This document shows, piece by piece, positions 1 to 13,700 of a stretch of DNA of 64,000 bases (position 1 is the stretch's first letter; each line of letters starts with the position of its first letter). The DNA is from Syncephalis fuscata S228. Its lineage: Eukaryota; Fungi; Zoopagomycota. The DNA lies in contig JAHLTZ010000030.1 in assembly GCA_025786725.1 (NCBI GenBank), positions 62,001-126,000 on the forward strand. The letters run 5' to 3'. Both the position numbers and the translations under genes were made by a program. The notes beneath the pieces are model-generated. The model was not told the DNA's origin. It searched no databases and was given only the letters and a program-made list of their open reading frames with translations.

Positions 1-1140
1 GGCTTATTCGTAATGTTTGCCATGCATTACACTGTTTACTTGTGGGTGTTGTTAAACGATTTGTATAGCACTGGCTGTCATACTGTTTGATTTCTCGACT
101 GCTTTATACGAAAATTAATTTGACTGACCGAAGGTCCTCTGCAATGGCGACTGAGATAAAACGGCATCTTTACCGTTGATTATATTGTAGAGAAGGCTAG
201 TTGCTATATAAAATCATTTAATGACATATCAGTATATGGCTATGTGCTGTTTAGTTGTAATATGTTGTGGTGTTCATGTGTTCAGCTCTAGACATCAACT
301 ACAAATGGGTGAATCCATAGTTTGGTGCAGCTTATTGCTACGCTTGAATTGCCATGGCATCTTGTAACATTTATTGAACAGCATTGCCATCAAGATAGCA
401 GCTAATATAGAGCTGTACGCATCCGACAAATGTTACTTACGCCCAAGTCGTAGTATTGCCGGTACTCCAGGTGGACGTATAGTTGCTATATTAGCTGCTA
501 TCTTGTTTAACAACTTTTAACAACATTTCTAGTTTATTTGTATAACAAATAACAACAATACACAAACAACTACACTCGTGTACACTATAAACTATACGCA
601 AGGAACAATCAACTAGATGTAGGTGCTTATTACTACTAAACAATACTAACGCACTTTTATTATAGCTATTCGAGCATTGGCGCTGGATCAACAAGTATAT
701 CTGAACTGCATTTGTTATCGGGCACAAATATTTTGCATGCAACTTACAATACCAACTATAGAATTCGTTGGCACAAGCATCGACAACAATACTGTATACT
801 GTCATTGGTACTATTGTTTGGGCTAGATTCTAAATGAAACATATACCCATTTGGTTTATATTACCCAACACTAACTGGCATTGCTATTGCGCATCTGCTA
901 AATGCTTTGGTTTGATTGAAGTGGTGGTAATAAAGAGGGAGGTGGTGGGCATTACACATATATTACATTGAAATGGTAGATTTAATAAAGAAGCGCATGA
1001 GGTGTTTGCTGAATCAACATAACACTGTGACTCCATTACTAGTTTGTCTAATGTTGTGCTTATTATGTTTATTAAAACTAAAATACTGGTACATGTATTC
1101 AATTAAAGTCACTGATACTTGAATGGCTAGATTACAAGTA
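1..1140 (-). repeat. Dispersed repeat module A, copy 1 (inverted relative to 46855-47965; runs off the window start)
   Basis: Reverse complement of 421-495 (ctaatatagcaactatacgtccacctggagtaccggcaatactacgacttgggcgtaagtaac) matches 47490-47552 (ctaatatagaaactatgcgtccacctggaatactggcagtactacgacttgggcgtaagtaac). Similarity is traceable across about 1.1 kb, roughly 70% by eye. Both copies give short ORFs sharing WYCKLHAK. Confidence 0.85.
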
Positions 1141-1257
1141 GCTACATTCAATACTGCATCTACACCAACTATTTTAATAATAGTGCCAATGATTTATTTA
1201 TTGCTGTCTTATTTATTGCCATTTAACATGATCCAGTGGTCAAATGGCTGCATTTAA

Positions 1258-1410
1258 TAGCATCTAATCTATTGAACATGCTAGTTGATGGTGAATGACA
1301 TCAATCATCAAATACTCATCATTGTAGATTCATTATCCAATATGTATATATTCAGTATACATATAGAATTTCTATTATATACTCAGACTAGCATATATTA
1401 TTCTATCTTT
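1258..1410 (+). mobile_element. Solo terminal fragment of the MITE-like family seen at 35446-36000
   Basis: taatctattgaa...ggtgaatgacat...aaatactcatcattgtagattcattatccaatatgtatatattcagtatacatata closely matches 35451-35552. Confidence 0.6.
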
Positions 1411-1699
1411 GGGAAGTTATTAGTGCATAGCAGTACAATCATCATGCTACTAAACTCGCTGCATGCTTTGGTTTGCCATAGATCACCACTGCAGTTGTTT
1501 TAAAAGTAGTAGTAGATTGCACTTTTAGTACGGCCACTGAATAACATTTCAGTACCATCAGTGCGATCTACTACTGTCGCTACTGTATATGCTATTACCA
1601 GCACGATCTATAGTGGCGATCTATAGCAAATCAAGGCATACAGTAGCTTTGGCAGCATATGGTCGCTACATTCGTCGTACTGGCAGTTGTGCATATACA

Positions 1700-2290
1700 A
1701 TAGCGTAATCTGCAATAATCCATAGCATAAACAAAGTATACAACGAGATTTCACAGCATATGCTCAAAACAACATAAAACAAGCTAGGATTGCATTTACT
1801 GTGTCAATAAAGCTGCCAAAAGCAACGATCAGAGCAAGGAAAGTGATTTGCAAAAAAGGTCAGATTACAAAAGAGCAATGCAAGTACATAGTGTAGAAGG
1901 TGTTTGTACATAACTAGTAGTCAGTCAACTACTGACACTATTTAGATGGTATATATGGAGTGTACAAGTATATGCAATGGATATATGCTGTCAAGTGTGA
2001 AGAAAGAGAAAGGAAATGTGATGACGTAGATTGTGAGCTGTGAGCCTGTCAGTCAATATTTATAAACAGCCGAGTTTAATTCATTAATAAATGGAGTGTG
2101 AAATAATAAAAGTCAATCTACCCAACATGTCGATACATCATAGAACAGATTAATAGTAAATAAACAAATGTATTAAAAATAAAAGCCATTTGACACCAAA
2201 ACTAAGTTATTATTATGAAACATGCTCATCAATAAAATAATGTATAATAAAAAGAGTAAAGCCATTTAACATCAAATGTCATTATTATAA
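1700..2290 (-). repeat. Dispersed repeat module B, copy 1 (inverted relative to 51910-52580), ending in degenerate 75-80 bp tandem repeats
   Basis: 1905-2150 is nearly identical to the reverse complement of about 52135-52385; flanks are about 80% identical by eye. Tandem motif aaagccatttgacaccaaa / aaagccatttaacatcaaa. Confidence 0.9.
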
Positions 2291-3258
2291 AACATACTGC
2301 CAATAAATTACTGCGTGTAATAGGAAATACAATCAAAGTCGATGTTTTTTAAAGGCAAGTGTAGTCATAGAAGGTGTCATTATTGAAATAATGAAATGTA
2401 ACCATATTCTAGAAGATGGAGCAATATATTAATAATTTATATGAATGAATAAATAGTGCGATGTTAATGCTAGTAGAAACATGCACAGTATATTCAGTGC
2501 AGTGGTCAGTGGTGAACCAAGGCCTTCTGATATCTTACCGTTTATTACTATAAGAAATCAACCTGACACTGTTGCATCAACAGCATAATTAAATTATAAC
2601 ATTTTATTGTAAGTAGCATGAAATACTGTTTAACATTTATTAACACTGATATTGGACATTAAAGATAGTACTGATTAATTGACACTGATCAATTCAATCG
2701 AAGTTAATGTGGCACTGCTTCAACAAACAAACCCCTCTCAGTAGTGAAAACTGATTGACAATTTATTGTTCAAATTATTGATCTTTTGTCCCAGTTTGAA
2801 GCTAGGGGTCAAAGTGAAGTAGCTCATTTATTTAATCAATATTTACGTAATAAACGCACTGTTTAAACAATTAACATCTGTTTGTTCAAGATTTAAAGTT
2901 TAAACGTGACATTGCCATTAAATAAATGTAGTGCGAATGATGCTATATTTATTATATTAATTACTATAATCAATAATCAATAATACTAATAAGAATTGTA
3001 ATACCGTTGACTTTATGATTAACTAAATGAATTAAACAGTAAAAACTAAACAATAGTTAGCGCAATTGTAATAACAACTAAACAAGTGTTTATTTTAAAA
3101 TAAAATTTTTATTATGATTACTATACTATCAAACACTAATACATATATATTAATCAGTAATAAAGGAGATGCTATACTCGTAGCACCTTGCGGCTCTGAT
3201 TTTGACAAATAACATTATCCGGATTATAAATATCACAGGTTTATATCGAGTTGTCTGG

Positions 3259-3600
3259 TTAACGTGTCCAGTCGCGTGCATGGTCAATAGCTCGCTCCAT
3301 GGCTAAATTGCTACGGCGCTGCCATCGGGAAAACGACCAATAGGCACGCAGTATGGCCCATGTAAGTAGGTCGCGTAGCTTGCCCACGTAGATAAACCAT
3401 ACAAGCTCCCACGCACTCTTGTATGCAATCTTTTGTATATAAGCAATTAAACGACCTCGCACACGGTCCACCAGTGGCGCGGGACGTCGTTTCTGCTCGA
3501 GCAGTGCAATTCGGGCTTCTAGCCGTTTCATTCGGTCATTCATTTCTACTAATGTCGTTTCCAGCGAAGTCGCTGGCTGTAATGAGCCCGAAGACGACAT
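3259..3600 (-). CDS. Small hypothetical protein (113 aa): coiled-coil-like segment followed by a hydrophobic/amphipathic helix
   Basis: ATG-initiated intronless ORF in a GC-rich island within very AT-rich flanks. LVEMNDRMKRLEARIALLEQK has a heptad-like pattern; AWELVWFIYVG is hydrophobic. No family recognised. Confidence 0.6.
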   Translation of the reverse strand: MSSSGSLQPATSLETTLVEMNDRMKRLEARIALLEQKRRPAPLVDRVRGRLIAYIQKIAYKSAWELVWFIYVGKLRDLLTWAILRAYWSFSRWQRRSNLAMERAIDHARDWTR

Positions 3601-4042
3601 GATTTACTATATTGTAATAAATGATACACGGCTATGATAAGTTGTTTGCAAAATCAAAGGAAAATAACAAGTATTCGGAATGGGCAACTACCGAAAATAA
3701 TCAGCTGATATTAATTATAGCGAGTATGATAAAAGTTGTAAACGCAATTTATTTAAGTAAGCTGTAATAAACGCTGGTGTGCAGCATAGTAAGTGTATGA
3801 CGGATATTTATGATTAATTGTTGTATTTTACATCAGTAGCTGTTGCATGTCAAGCTACTGTTTGCCAGATATGTATATGTTAAACAATAGTAAAGTTTAT
3901 GCACATTATATCGTGCAGTTTTAGTGATCAGTGTATCTAATGTGTTATTATGGCTGATTTGCTATAAATATTGCCATGGCTTTTGATGCTATCGTTTCAT
4001 TACAACTATAGCTTGAGCTTGTCCTTTGAAACAGTACATCTG

Positions 4043-6139
4043 TTACTTGTAAGACTTCTCGGTATCAGTGTCACCTGTACGAGAAGTGCTGTCAACAACA
4101 ATACTGTGAGGTACATCGGAAAAGCTGGCAAAGTGTTCGTCCGCTGAGCGAACAGGATAGCCTGGTCTGTTAATATCATCGCTGCTGTCCTGGCCGGCGT
4201 TCCATTGCAAGAAGCGCGGATAGGTGTTGTTCAACATTAAAGTCGATATTTCGCTGAATGCTGTATCGTATATGCTAACGTGTGGACTACCGTGCTGCAT
4301 ATCTTTTATAATGTCCTTGCGTGTGTCACTTTCGAGATTCAACTCGTATTCTGCACCCGGAATAATAAATTTGTTGTAAATAGATCGAATTTCCCTTTCT
4401 ATTCGTTTATTCAACGCCATACTGGCAGCATTGGCATCGATTATATTTGATCGATTGCGCCGTGATCCGTTGCCCGATGATGTTCCACCTTGCTTTTTTT
4501 CCTGCAATGCTCGAACTCGACGGACTTTGTCGTAGAAAAGCACGTTTTCCACACTAAAGTCTATAATGGAAAAGACTTTGAACTAAAAGCGATGAATTTG
4601 CATTAGTTAATGTTATATTGCATTGCTGTCATGGCTTACTTTTTCAAATGAAGACGGGTTGGCTAAAGACTCGGTAAATCCAGTTGCTGCTTTGGCAAGC
4701 CGATCAAGACGGATAGAATCAATAAGCGGGAAAATATTAGTAGCAATATAGCCCATAAATGATGCAATCATCATGCAAGCTGAAAAGCCGTATGACTGCT
4801 TGTCAATGTTCTTGTTTTCAAACATGTTATAAATAAATATAGTAACACTTGCAAGTGCTACTAAAGCGGTGATAACTGAGACCATTACCAATTCGTTACG
4901 AATATAAAAAGCATCATTTACACTACTTAGCGGAAATATTACCATCCATATCAGTACGCCAACAAAAGCCGCAGGAATTGCATACATAATTAGATACGCT
5001 GCCGAATTATAGCAATACACCGCCGTACTTGGAATGATATCTGGAAGTGGAGTTAGAAATAGCTGAATAAGCGCTGTAACTGCCAAGTTTGCCATCAAAA
5101 TTATAGCTAATACACGCAGAATAAATTGCGTACGAGCCCAATGTCGGTGTCGATAAATCCACGTAGAAAATTGCTTTTCTGGCTTTACTGCCAAAAAGTC
5201 AAACTGTATATTTTTTGATAATGGTGATTCAGGACTCCATTGAGCTGATTCGTTTGTCTTTGTCCGTCTAAGTGCTTTTGAAGCAAGCGTATTATCTGTA
5301 GCTGCCAATTCGTCGTCATTTTTTGATTTGCGAATTTCATTGGCCTGTGTTTGACAAACAGTGGGAGATGATGGCTGCGACTCATCTGTTTGGCTATTTG
5401 TGGAAAGCGTATTGCTACTTGTTGGTCGGTTGGTCGAGCGACAGCCGTCCATTTCAACAAGATCAATCTGACTGGTAAACGTTTCATTTGGATCTAATCT
5501 TTCGCTATTTGATGAAGATTTTGTTTTCTTCCTAAGTAGACGTGTTGATGGTGTTGGCTTTAGCCTAACGGTAAAGCTTTTTAAAAGCAATGTTAAACGT
5601 CCAGAATGCCGTTGCAGGTGTTCTCGCGATCTCCACGCCTTGTGCTGTCGACGTCGTTGCTGGTTGTATCCTGGGGATGTTATATGTCCCGTTTTTAGAC
5701 TCATTTTACGCTGGCGTTCACTTTTGATATGTGCTCCCTCCGTGTCTGAATCTGACTCGATCGATAGTCCCGATGTTTCTGAAAGATTGCGCGTCATTCG
5801 ATAGCGTGCCTCGCTAACACGATACAAGAAAATCACACGCACTGCTCTGGCAACAATGCTAGCACAGTGTAGAGATGTCGATACCGCAAGAATCCATATG
5901 TCGACCATGCAATTAATCGGTGTTGTAACAACCAATCGAAGTATTGACAAGCAGATGATTGTATAAAGGGAAAATCCCGATATTAACGACAATAGCGCGC
6001 CTCGATGTCGTATTCCTGGCAAGTGTCGGTACCTATAAATGAGCGCATTTGGAATGCCCATGATGCACATGAGACCAGTCACAATGCCTATATATAACGC
6101 CCAGCCATTATTCGATGGCTCATTATCAGAGTGATCCAT
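4043..6139 (-). CDS. Seven-TM protein with C-terminal RGS domain (GprK/AtRGS1-type architecture); coding exons 6139-4640 and 4582-4043
   Basis: Three plus four hydrophobic helices separated by a long S/T/K/R-rich loop. A 57-nt GTAAGC..TTTTAG intron joins SFEK to FKVFSIIDFSVENVLFY, followed by RGS motifs IYNKFI..GAEYELNL and LMLNNTYPRFL. Confidence 0.85.
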
Positions 6140-7869
6140 TGCCACCTATTAGTTTACTATTATGATTATTATGATTATTATGATTAAGTTCTATATTTGA
6201 TATTGTTGTTTTCTGTGATAGGCGTGCTGATTTAATACGCTAGCATAGGTAAGGTTACACTACTATTAAACGGTAGCAGTAACGACCAAAATTGGTGACG
6301 CTCTTTTGTTTATGTTGCTTAGCGTTTGAAGTTACAGAAACTGAAAACCAACAACAAATACAGATAGAGTGATATAAACAAATAAGCCGGTATAAATAAC
6401 GAATCAATTAAACGAAATCAAGAATAAGAAAGAGGAACAGAAAGAGCTAGAGGCACATGAGCGACAGACAGACAGAGCAGGTAGTAAAGCTAAGGTGACC
6501 CTTAGGATAATAAAACAGGTTATAGCCTGAATAAACATTGGGCTGGTCAGTAAAAGCATGGAGCAATGCAAAGTGTCAGATTGCCCTTTTTTCAAATGAT
6601 TGTGCGGTGGTGGTGGTGGTGGTGTACAAGAATACGCATGGTCGATGGTCGGACGACAGTCAAGTCAAGGTCGGTACGCATGGCAGCGTCCGTGTAATCA
6701 AGCGTAAATTATTACAGTAGCGCTCTATCCGTAACATGCTTAAATGGAGATATTTCATCCAACTTTAAAAGCAGTTGCATAAAACAGCACGCCATTTTGC
6801 TATACTACTTTAAGTAGTGGTAGTCGGGGCAATTGGCACAATCTATATCAGGCATGGTGTGGTTGATGCATTCAATGCAGCATATGCTGCAACTAATGCA
6901 GTAGATCATAGAATAAAACTGCTATGTATGATTGGATGCACAAAACTCATGCAGCCTTCCTTCGCATTCTGTCTAGAATTCTTTGTCCGTACAATAGACA
7001 CAAGCACATGTGATTATGGCAGCTACTTAATGCATACTAAACTATTAAAGTAACATACCATTGTCGTGCCCTGTCATATTGTTGCGCAAATAGCCCGACA
7101 ATGTATGATGTGTGGAATAGGTGGTTTGTGATGGATGGAAACGCTCTTGGAATATATTACAAGCAACCGGTTTGGGGGCCGAGACTTTTTTACATTCCGA
7201 ATGGCCTGATGTATCTATGGTCCAATGTTCTAGCCTTTTAGCTAAAATATCCTATTTGTCTTCATTTACTACGGCCATATGACCTTCATCGAGTAAATGG
7301 TTATTCTGTAGATGAGGTGCATATTTGACTTGCGAAATCCGGTTGTAATGAACGGTTTTACTAATATTAGTACAGAAATGACCTCATAGACAATGCATCA
7401 CGTCAGGTCTGGACAATTGTATACAAGCCCCAACTTATCCAGCACAAAGCAAATCTATATTTTTTATGTATATTTGGTAAATACAATAGTGATATCTAGC
7501 TGTTATAGATGAATCTAGTATATATATTCTACTATTCTGCACGTACAGCTACCAACATAACCAGCAATCTAGCCAATAAATGGTAATGGTGATTTTTTTT
7601 ATTTTAAGTATTAGCATGTTAGAATGCAATATGTCTATACTTGCGCTATATATTTAATAGTAATACCAATGACTTTCTATGATAGTGTTATTGCAATAAT
7701 GCATATGTACTATGTACTATTTAATATTTAGTCTTGAATCCTGACAGTCATTTAATAAATACAATGTGTTAATCGCATAATACACAATATACCATTTAAC
7801 ATTATTGTGCTTATCTGTCTTTTATTGCCAATGTATTGACTATCTACTATTATTTGGTGGCTAAATGGC

Positions 7870-8200
7870 TACATTTAACAACGCTCGTTCTGTTAAACAT
7901 GGAATTGGGCGATGAGAAATGTCAGGGTCCAAAATAGTCATCATTATAGATTTACTATCCACTATGCATATATCTAGTAGACATATATCCTTTATCCATA
8001 TATATATATCGCTTCCATTGTACCTCCATACTACCATATATATCATTTCATAATATATTAGACACATTCTATTTGCTATATACTTGAGCATATTTTACTT
8101 TTTCCATTCATACTCTTACATTCTATAATATCAACACCGCTACTCGTACTCTTTCCATTGTAGATTCAGTCAATGGTATATAATTTTATTATGCATTGAC
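7870..8200 (+). mobile_element. Diverged partial copy of the MITE-like family
   Basis: gggcgatgagaaatg...aaatagtcatcattatagatttactatccactatgcatatatc matches the terminal repeats at 35446 and 35900-36000; internal sequence 8036-8100 resembles 35593-35655. Confidence 0.55.
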
Positions 8201-8746
8201 TATATGCTATCTAGAGCCGCTTTCCATTTGTCGCTAGCTTTAGTATTTATAAATCTCAACTCATCTCGCTAATTTGCTCATCAGTCTATATTCACTATAG
8301 CTTCAGCATTTCTATTTACCCTTTTTTCATTGTATATTCATTCTACTGTGTACCATCCTATTGTCTACTAACCACCATCTATTGATGGTCACTATTTGCC
8401 TACTACTAACTGTATTTATTGTAGATTTCAATTCAGTATACTCATTCATTTATATAAATTATAGCTTCGCCATTATTATTAGCACATCTCTCTTGTCCAC
8501 TCATTCTGTTTATGCCTTATTAATAAAATAGTTATTTATATATCAGTGCACATGTTATAGCCTTAGACAGCAAGGTGTGGTGCAGCTAGTTAACAGGAAT
8601 GGCAGCCAATACATAGAGTAATAGCCGCTGTACAGACATTCTACTAAAACCACTCCTATTATTCGTACACTTGTTCTATTTATAACAAAGCCCAGTTACA
8701 TCTATAAAAGCACTATTGCACGTCTTAATAGCCATAAGGCAATATA

Positions 8747-8795
8747 GCAGCAACAGCAACAATAACAGCAACAACAGCAACAACAGCAACAACAA
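8747..8795 (+). repeat. Imperfect (CAA/CAG)n microsatellite, intergenic
   Basis: cagcaacagcaacaataacagcaacaacagcaacaacagcaacaacaaa. Confidence 0.8.
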
Positions 8796-9117
8796 ATGGA
8801 CTAGTCGCATGTTGCTTGTTGGCCACGTTTTACACCACGCGATATAATTTACGCTATAACACCCGCGTGCTAACATAGGTTGTCACTACTACTCAACACT
8901 AAATAGTTGCCACGGTAAACTGGCCACTTTCATATACAGTAACAACGAGCTATTCATATCATGGGGGATGGATGAAGTGCAGCAAGGTGAACGTGACCAC
9001 TACTCTTGCTCTCACTACCACCACCAGTATCTTTTACCTTTATTCATTTCCATCTCTTCATCTATAGTCATTCCTCTAAACACATTGCCTTATTCTACAA
9101 CTACACTATAGCGTATT

Positions 9118-10332
9118 ATGGCCGCGCCAGATTATCGTATTTCTAAAGTGGGCGTTTTATGTAAAGACTGCGGCCAAGATGTAGGTCCATACCCGACGCG
9201 ACATCGTTGTGGTGCATCAGATGCACCGTCACTGTCCTCAACGTCGCGCGATAGCGTTAATAGCAGCGGTTACTCACTGGCCCCGCCTTCACTGGCCCCA
9301 CCGCGACCCGGGCTGCCCGGCCGGTCGAATACCGGTGGCCGATACGGTGGCCGAACAGCCCCGTCGTCAGCTAGCAGTAGTGGCAACACCACCGCAGCAG
9401 GAGGCAGTTCACTAAGAGCCGGTGCCGGCCGCTGGAATCGACTGGCCGGTCAGTCGGCACCCTCTTCAAACCAGCAGGTGCATGGTTCGGGCAGTGGCAC
9501 CGAAGACGAAGGACCAAATAGCGGTAATAATACATCGTTATGGGGCAAATTCCGTGCAGCTACTGCTTGGAATAATGATGCATCGGACGCGAGTGGCTCC
9601 GAACGAGGTAAGATAGCCTATAAACGATAGATAATATTTATTTATTAACATTATAACAATAATAACAACAACACCGTTAGGCGATGAAGAAACGGGAGAA
9701 GCAGGACCACCTCAATCAACAAGTTCTGGTAAAAAGCTATGGGGAAAGATTATGGGCAGTGGCGATAATGAAAAGTCTGAAGAACCTGGTAAGCAATTGC
9801 CATAGAATATACTATATTTAATTAACAACTATTTAACTTTTATATTTTATTAGACTCTGATACATCTGATTATGAAGGCGAATCACATGTTACACGACTA
9901 CTTAAATCATATTATCGTGAAAGATATCCAGAAGCACAATTACCGGGCTGGTTGACACATCCACCACCAGATCTATACCGTCCATTTGGTGGTATGGGCA
10001 GAGAACGACCCGTATCGAGTTCATCATCCTTTTCACCACAACATACGCAAGTACCTATAGGATTTGGGCATGAACACCGACGCAGTCAAGATAATACAAA
10101 CACCAATACCAGTAGTAATAGTAGGAATAGTGTGGGCAGTGCAAGCAATATGTATGGCCAGTCATCATTGTCACCGACAAATCAGTCCTATGAATCACCT
10201 GCATTGGTGGATTCGGCTAAATATGCGCGTGGATCAAGTGGTACGCTGCCACCCGCTCCATCACGTCGCCCCACTCGACAACGCGTCAATGTACGTCGAG
10301 ATGCAGGTGCCTTCTTCAACGACGATAATTAA
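9118..10332 (+). CDS. Mso1-like protein (Sec1-binding region) with N-terminal CxxC..HxC motif; exons about 9118-9607, 9681-9788, 9854-10332
   Basis: GTAAG..AG introns keep the frame. Exon 3 encodes SDYEGESHVTRLLKSYYRERYPEAQLPGWL, resembling the Mso1 Sec1-binding motif (recalled consensus D.e.dthv.rvL..YY......lP.WL). Confidence 0.65.
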
Positions 10333-10705
10333 TACACTTGGGATAAGAAAATGCATCCAATGCCGTTTAGTTCGTTTAGTTTAACCAACTAACCAACCAA
10401 CTCCCCTCCAGCTAGTTCATTTAATCACGCGCGCTCTCTTTCTCTCTCTCCTCACCTCCTCCTATTTTTCGTCTGAAGTCAGTATGAAGTAGTATTGTAT
10501 AATCGTCATACTTTTGATGATCATTGGTATATACGCTAGAAAAGAATAAGCGTTAATACACAAAGACACACTAGAAAATTAAAACATGAATACGTTATTT
10601 TTAATCACTCATTGCCAATAGTAATAATATTAGTAAAGTAATATAGTAGTTAATTATAAAGAAAAAGGTTGATTCAATAATAAATCAATAAATGATAGTG
10701 GTGAT

Positions 10706-13700
10706 TTAAGGCTGTGCCATAATATCGACATAACGATTACGTGCACCGCGTTTCTTCTTGCCGCCTGGTGTTGCAGCTGTAGTGGCTGTGGTGGCCGGTC
10801 CAGCTAAAGGAGAACTTGATGCTACTGGCATAGGCGGTAAACTACTAGCCGATAAAGATGTACCAGGTGGTGGTGGTGGTGGTGGACCTGATCCAACTGT
10901 ACTAGTGGATGAAGGTGGTCCCATAGTCGGCGTTGGTGCACCAGTCGTCGTTGGTGTAGCAAATCGTGTTGACGGTGCCGATGATGACGACGACATAGGC
11001 GGTGGTGGTGGTGGTGGGGGAGGAGCCGTAGCTGCTGCACCCGCCTAATAGAATAACAACAATATAAAAGTAAATAATCATTCTTCTAACAACACCATTA
11101 GTAATGACTTACCTTTTTATTAACCCATCGTTTTAATTCGGCATCGTAATAGAACTCATTCTCTGCGCCCAATTTAGCCTGTTTAACACTACCCGTACTA
11201 CTACCCGGCCTGAATAGACCCCATATCGACCAACCTATAACAAATCGATTAATACTAATATATTAATAGTAATAGTAATTACTTGTACTTACTTCCTTTC
11301 TTATCACCATCAACACTATTGTTATCGTTATTATTATTATTATTATTACTGTTGTTGTTGTTGGTTGTATTAGTCGGTGCTGGTGTAGATTCTGTTGATG
11401 GTGTTGTACCAGTGTGATTCGATGCATTATCTGCCGTGGGCGCTGGTACCTTTTTACGTAATGAGCTGTTACCCAATCCAAAATCATCATCATCATCGTC
11501 ATCTCCACCGATATCATTGTTGGCATTATTAGTATAAGTCGATGGTTGATAGCTCGTCGTTGCTGTATCTGTAGTTAATACATCATTAGATGTTGCAGTA
11601 TTAGTAGCATTCCACCAAGAAGGCGTATCAGTATTAGTCGTTGAATAAAAGGTAGGCTGTGTGTTCATGGTATTAGCAGTACTGGTGGTGCTGGAATAGA
11701 AGGGCACAGCTGTTGTTACTTCTGATGTATCTTCAGTAGATTGCGTTGTCGTATCAGTTGGATTATACCATGCTGGTGTTGTTGTATTATCGCTCGTCTC
11801 CTCTTCTTGAGTGGTCTCTAAACCAAGACCCATGTTATAGTCACTAGCACTGTTGGTATAAGTAGCACTACTGCCATAATACTGTGGATAAGTGTTGGTG
11901 CGTCCTGTATCGGCCATGGCATTCGATTGACTAACAAGTGGCGAATGAGTCGCTGCAGAATATCTATTTGTATTTTGTTGTTGTTGTTGTTGTTGTTGTT
12001 GATAACTAGGTACAGCTTGTCCCATTGTACTCGAGCGATACATTGCTGTGTTTGCATTATAACCGCCATTGCTACCCTGTGAACTACGTCGGCTAGCCAT
12101 ACCATGGCCATGAATAGCTACATCAGCCGATGCACTACGCATTGGAATCATGGCCGGTGAGGCCGGTGTACTATGGAATTGACCACTACTAGCAAATGGA
12201 CCTGATTCCTTAGTGGGCATCATAGGCATACCTTCATCACCGGCAATAAACTTATTCAAACTATTGTCAATGGCGTTCATTAATGAACCCAGTGTTGGTT
12301 TGGGCAATTTAGATAACCAAGAGGCTGCCGAATCAGCTGCTGTCGATGCACTATTACCACCAGTGGATATAACAATACGTTGATTCACCATTTGTAATTG
12401 CTGCATGAAACAGGCATGGAAATACGGCGATCCTTTAGCGTAGCTCTTAACACAGGCCGCCACCGATTCACAATAACTAAATAGCTATATTAGCGTCGCT
12501 TGCACTATACACACACACACACATCTATATAATAATTACCGTAATGCTTCGTGGATGTAACCGGCATCCAATAGTGACCATACATGGGCTAGTTTGTAAG
12601 CTTGTAAATGAGGGAATCCACTTGATGTAGTGGCACTTGATTTCAACGATAATACAAATTCTAGTATTTCTGTCATTCTAATTGCTTCGGTATGCTTGTA
12701 GAAAGTGGATTGCTGTTGGTGGTCAGTACCCAATAATACAATTCGGGCACTTGTACCCAATCCATTCATAATCGATACTTGCGGTGACAATAAATAACTA
12801 AAACAAAAATATTAATTAATAAATATAATAATTATATATTACCTACCACACATGGGCCGCTTCAATAAGATTCGCTTTACGTAGTGCATCACCTAGTGCT
12901 GATAGTGCTTGTTGATCGTTTGGTGTACGATTAGCAATGAGCATACATAGCATTGACTGCCATCGTGATAGATCCATTGGCGGTGCTTGTCCCATTTGAC
13001 CCGGTGTCCACACACTAGTGGATACAGCATTGGCCGTTAATTCAGCGGCTGTCGTAAATTCTGTCGTCTGATGACTAGTCCCATAAATCACTTGATTCAC
13101 TAAAATGATCTATTAATACCATAATGTATATAGCTACTTCTTTCTACTTACCGGCTTCTTTGCCTTGACCGGCTAGTAGGCCATAGAGTAGTCGGAGTGC
13201 AGCAGTCGAGGCTGTATCCCCCAATTGATCTTGTATAAATTGATCAACGGTGGTCTTCCACATATCTTTGCCCACACAACTAGCAACCATAAGAGCGTGA
13301 GGCCATAACTTATGCTCAATAGCCAGGGCCACTGCTGCTTCTCTGTCACCACGTAACAATAAATATTCAATATCATTTAATCTCTGCATTGAAGCAACGG
13401 AAGCAGGTGGTGCCACTTCAGTAAATACATCTTCTTTACCCGCACCAAGTTGTAACTGTTGACAAAACTCTTTATCAATAGTCTCGTCACCACTATATAT
13501 TATATATTAATAACAATCTACTATAATTATACTATTTTATATTTACCTGCCCGGTGCTACACCATCATGTTCACATAATAGTCGCAGTAGATACCATAGT
13601 AGACGTGTACCTTGTCGTTGATCATCACTGGCCTCTCTATTCTCTTCTAGCACGGCGAGCTTTTCATCAATCATGGCTAGTACTTCTTTCTTCTTAGCCT

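Noticed and set aside
491-805. ORF 491-805 and ORF 47100-47321 as a protein family (shared WYCKLHAK)
   Set aside because: Similarity is explained by the DNA repeat; frames and stops are not conserved between copies.
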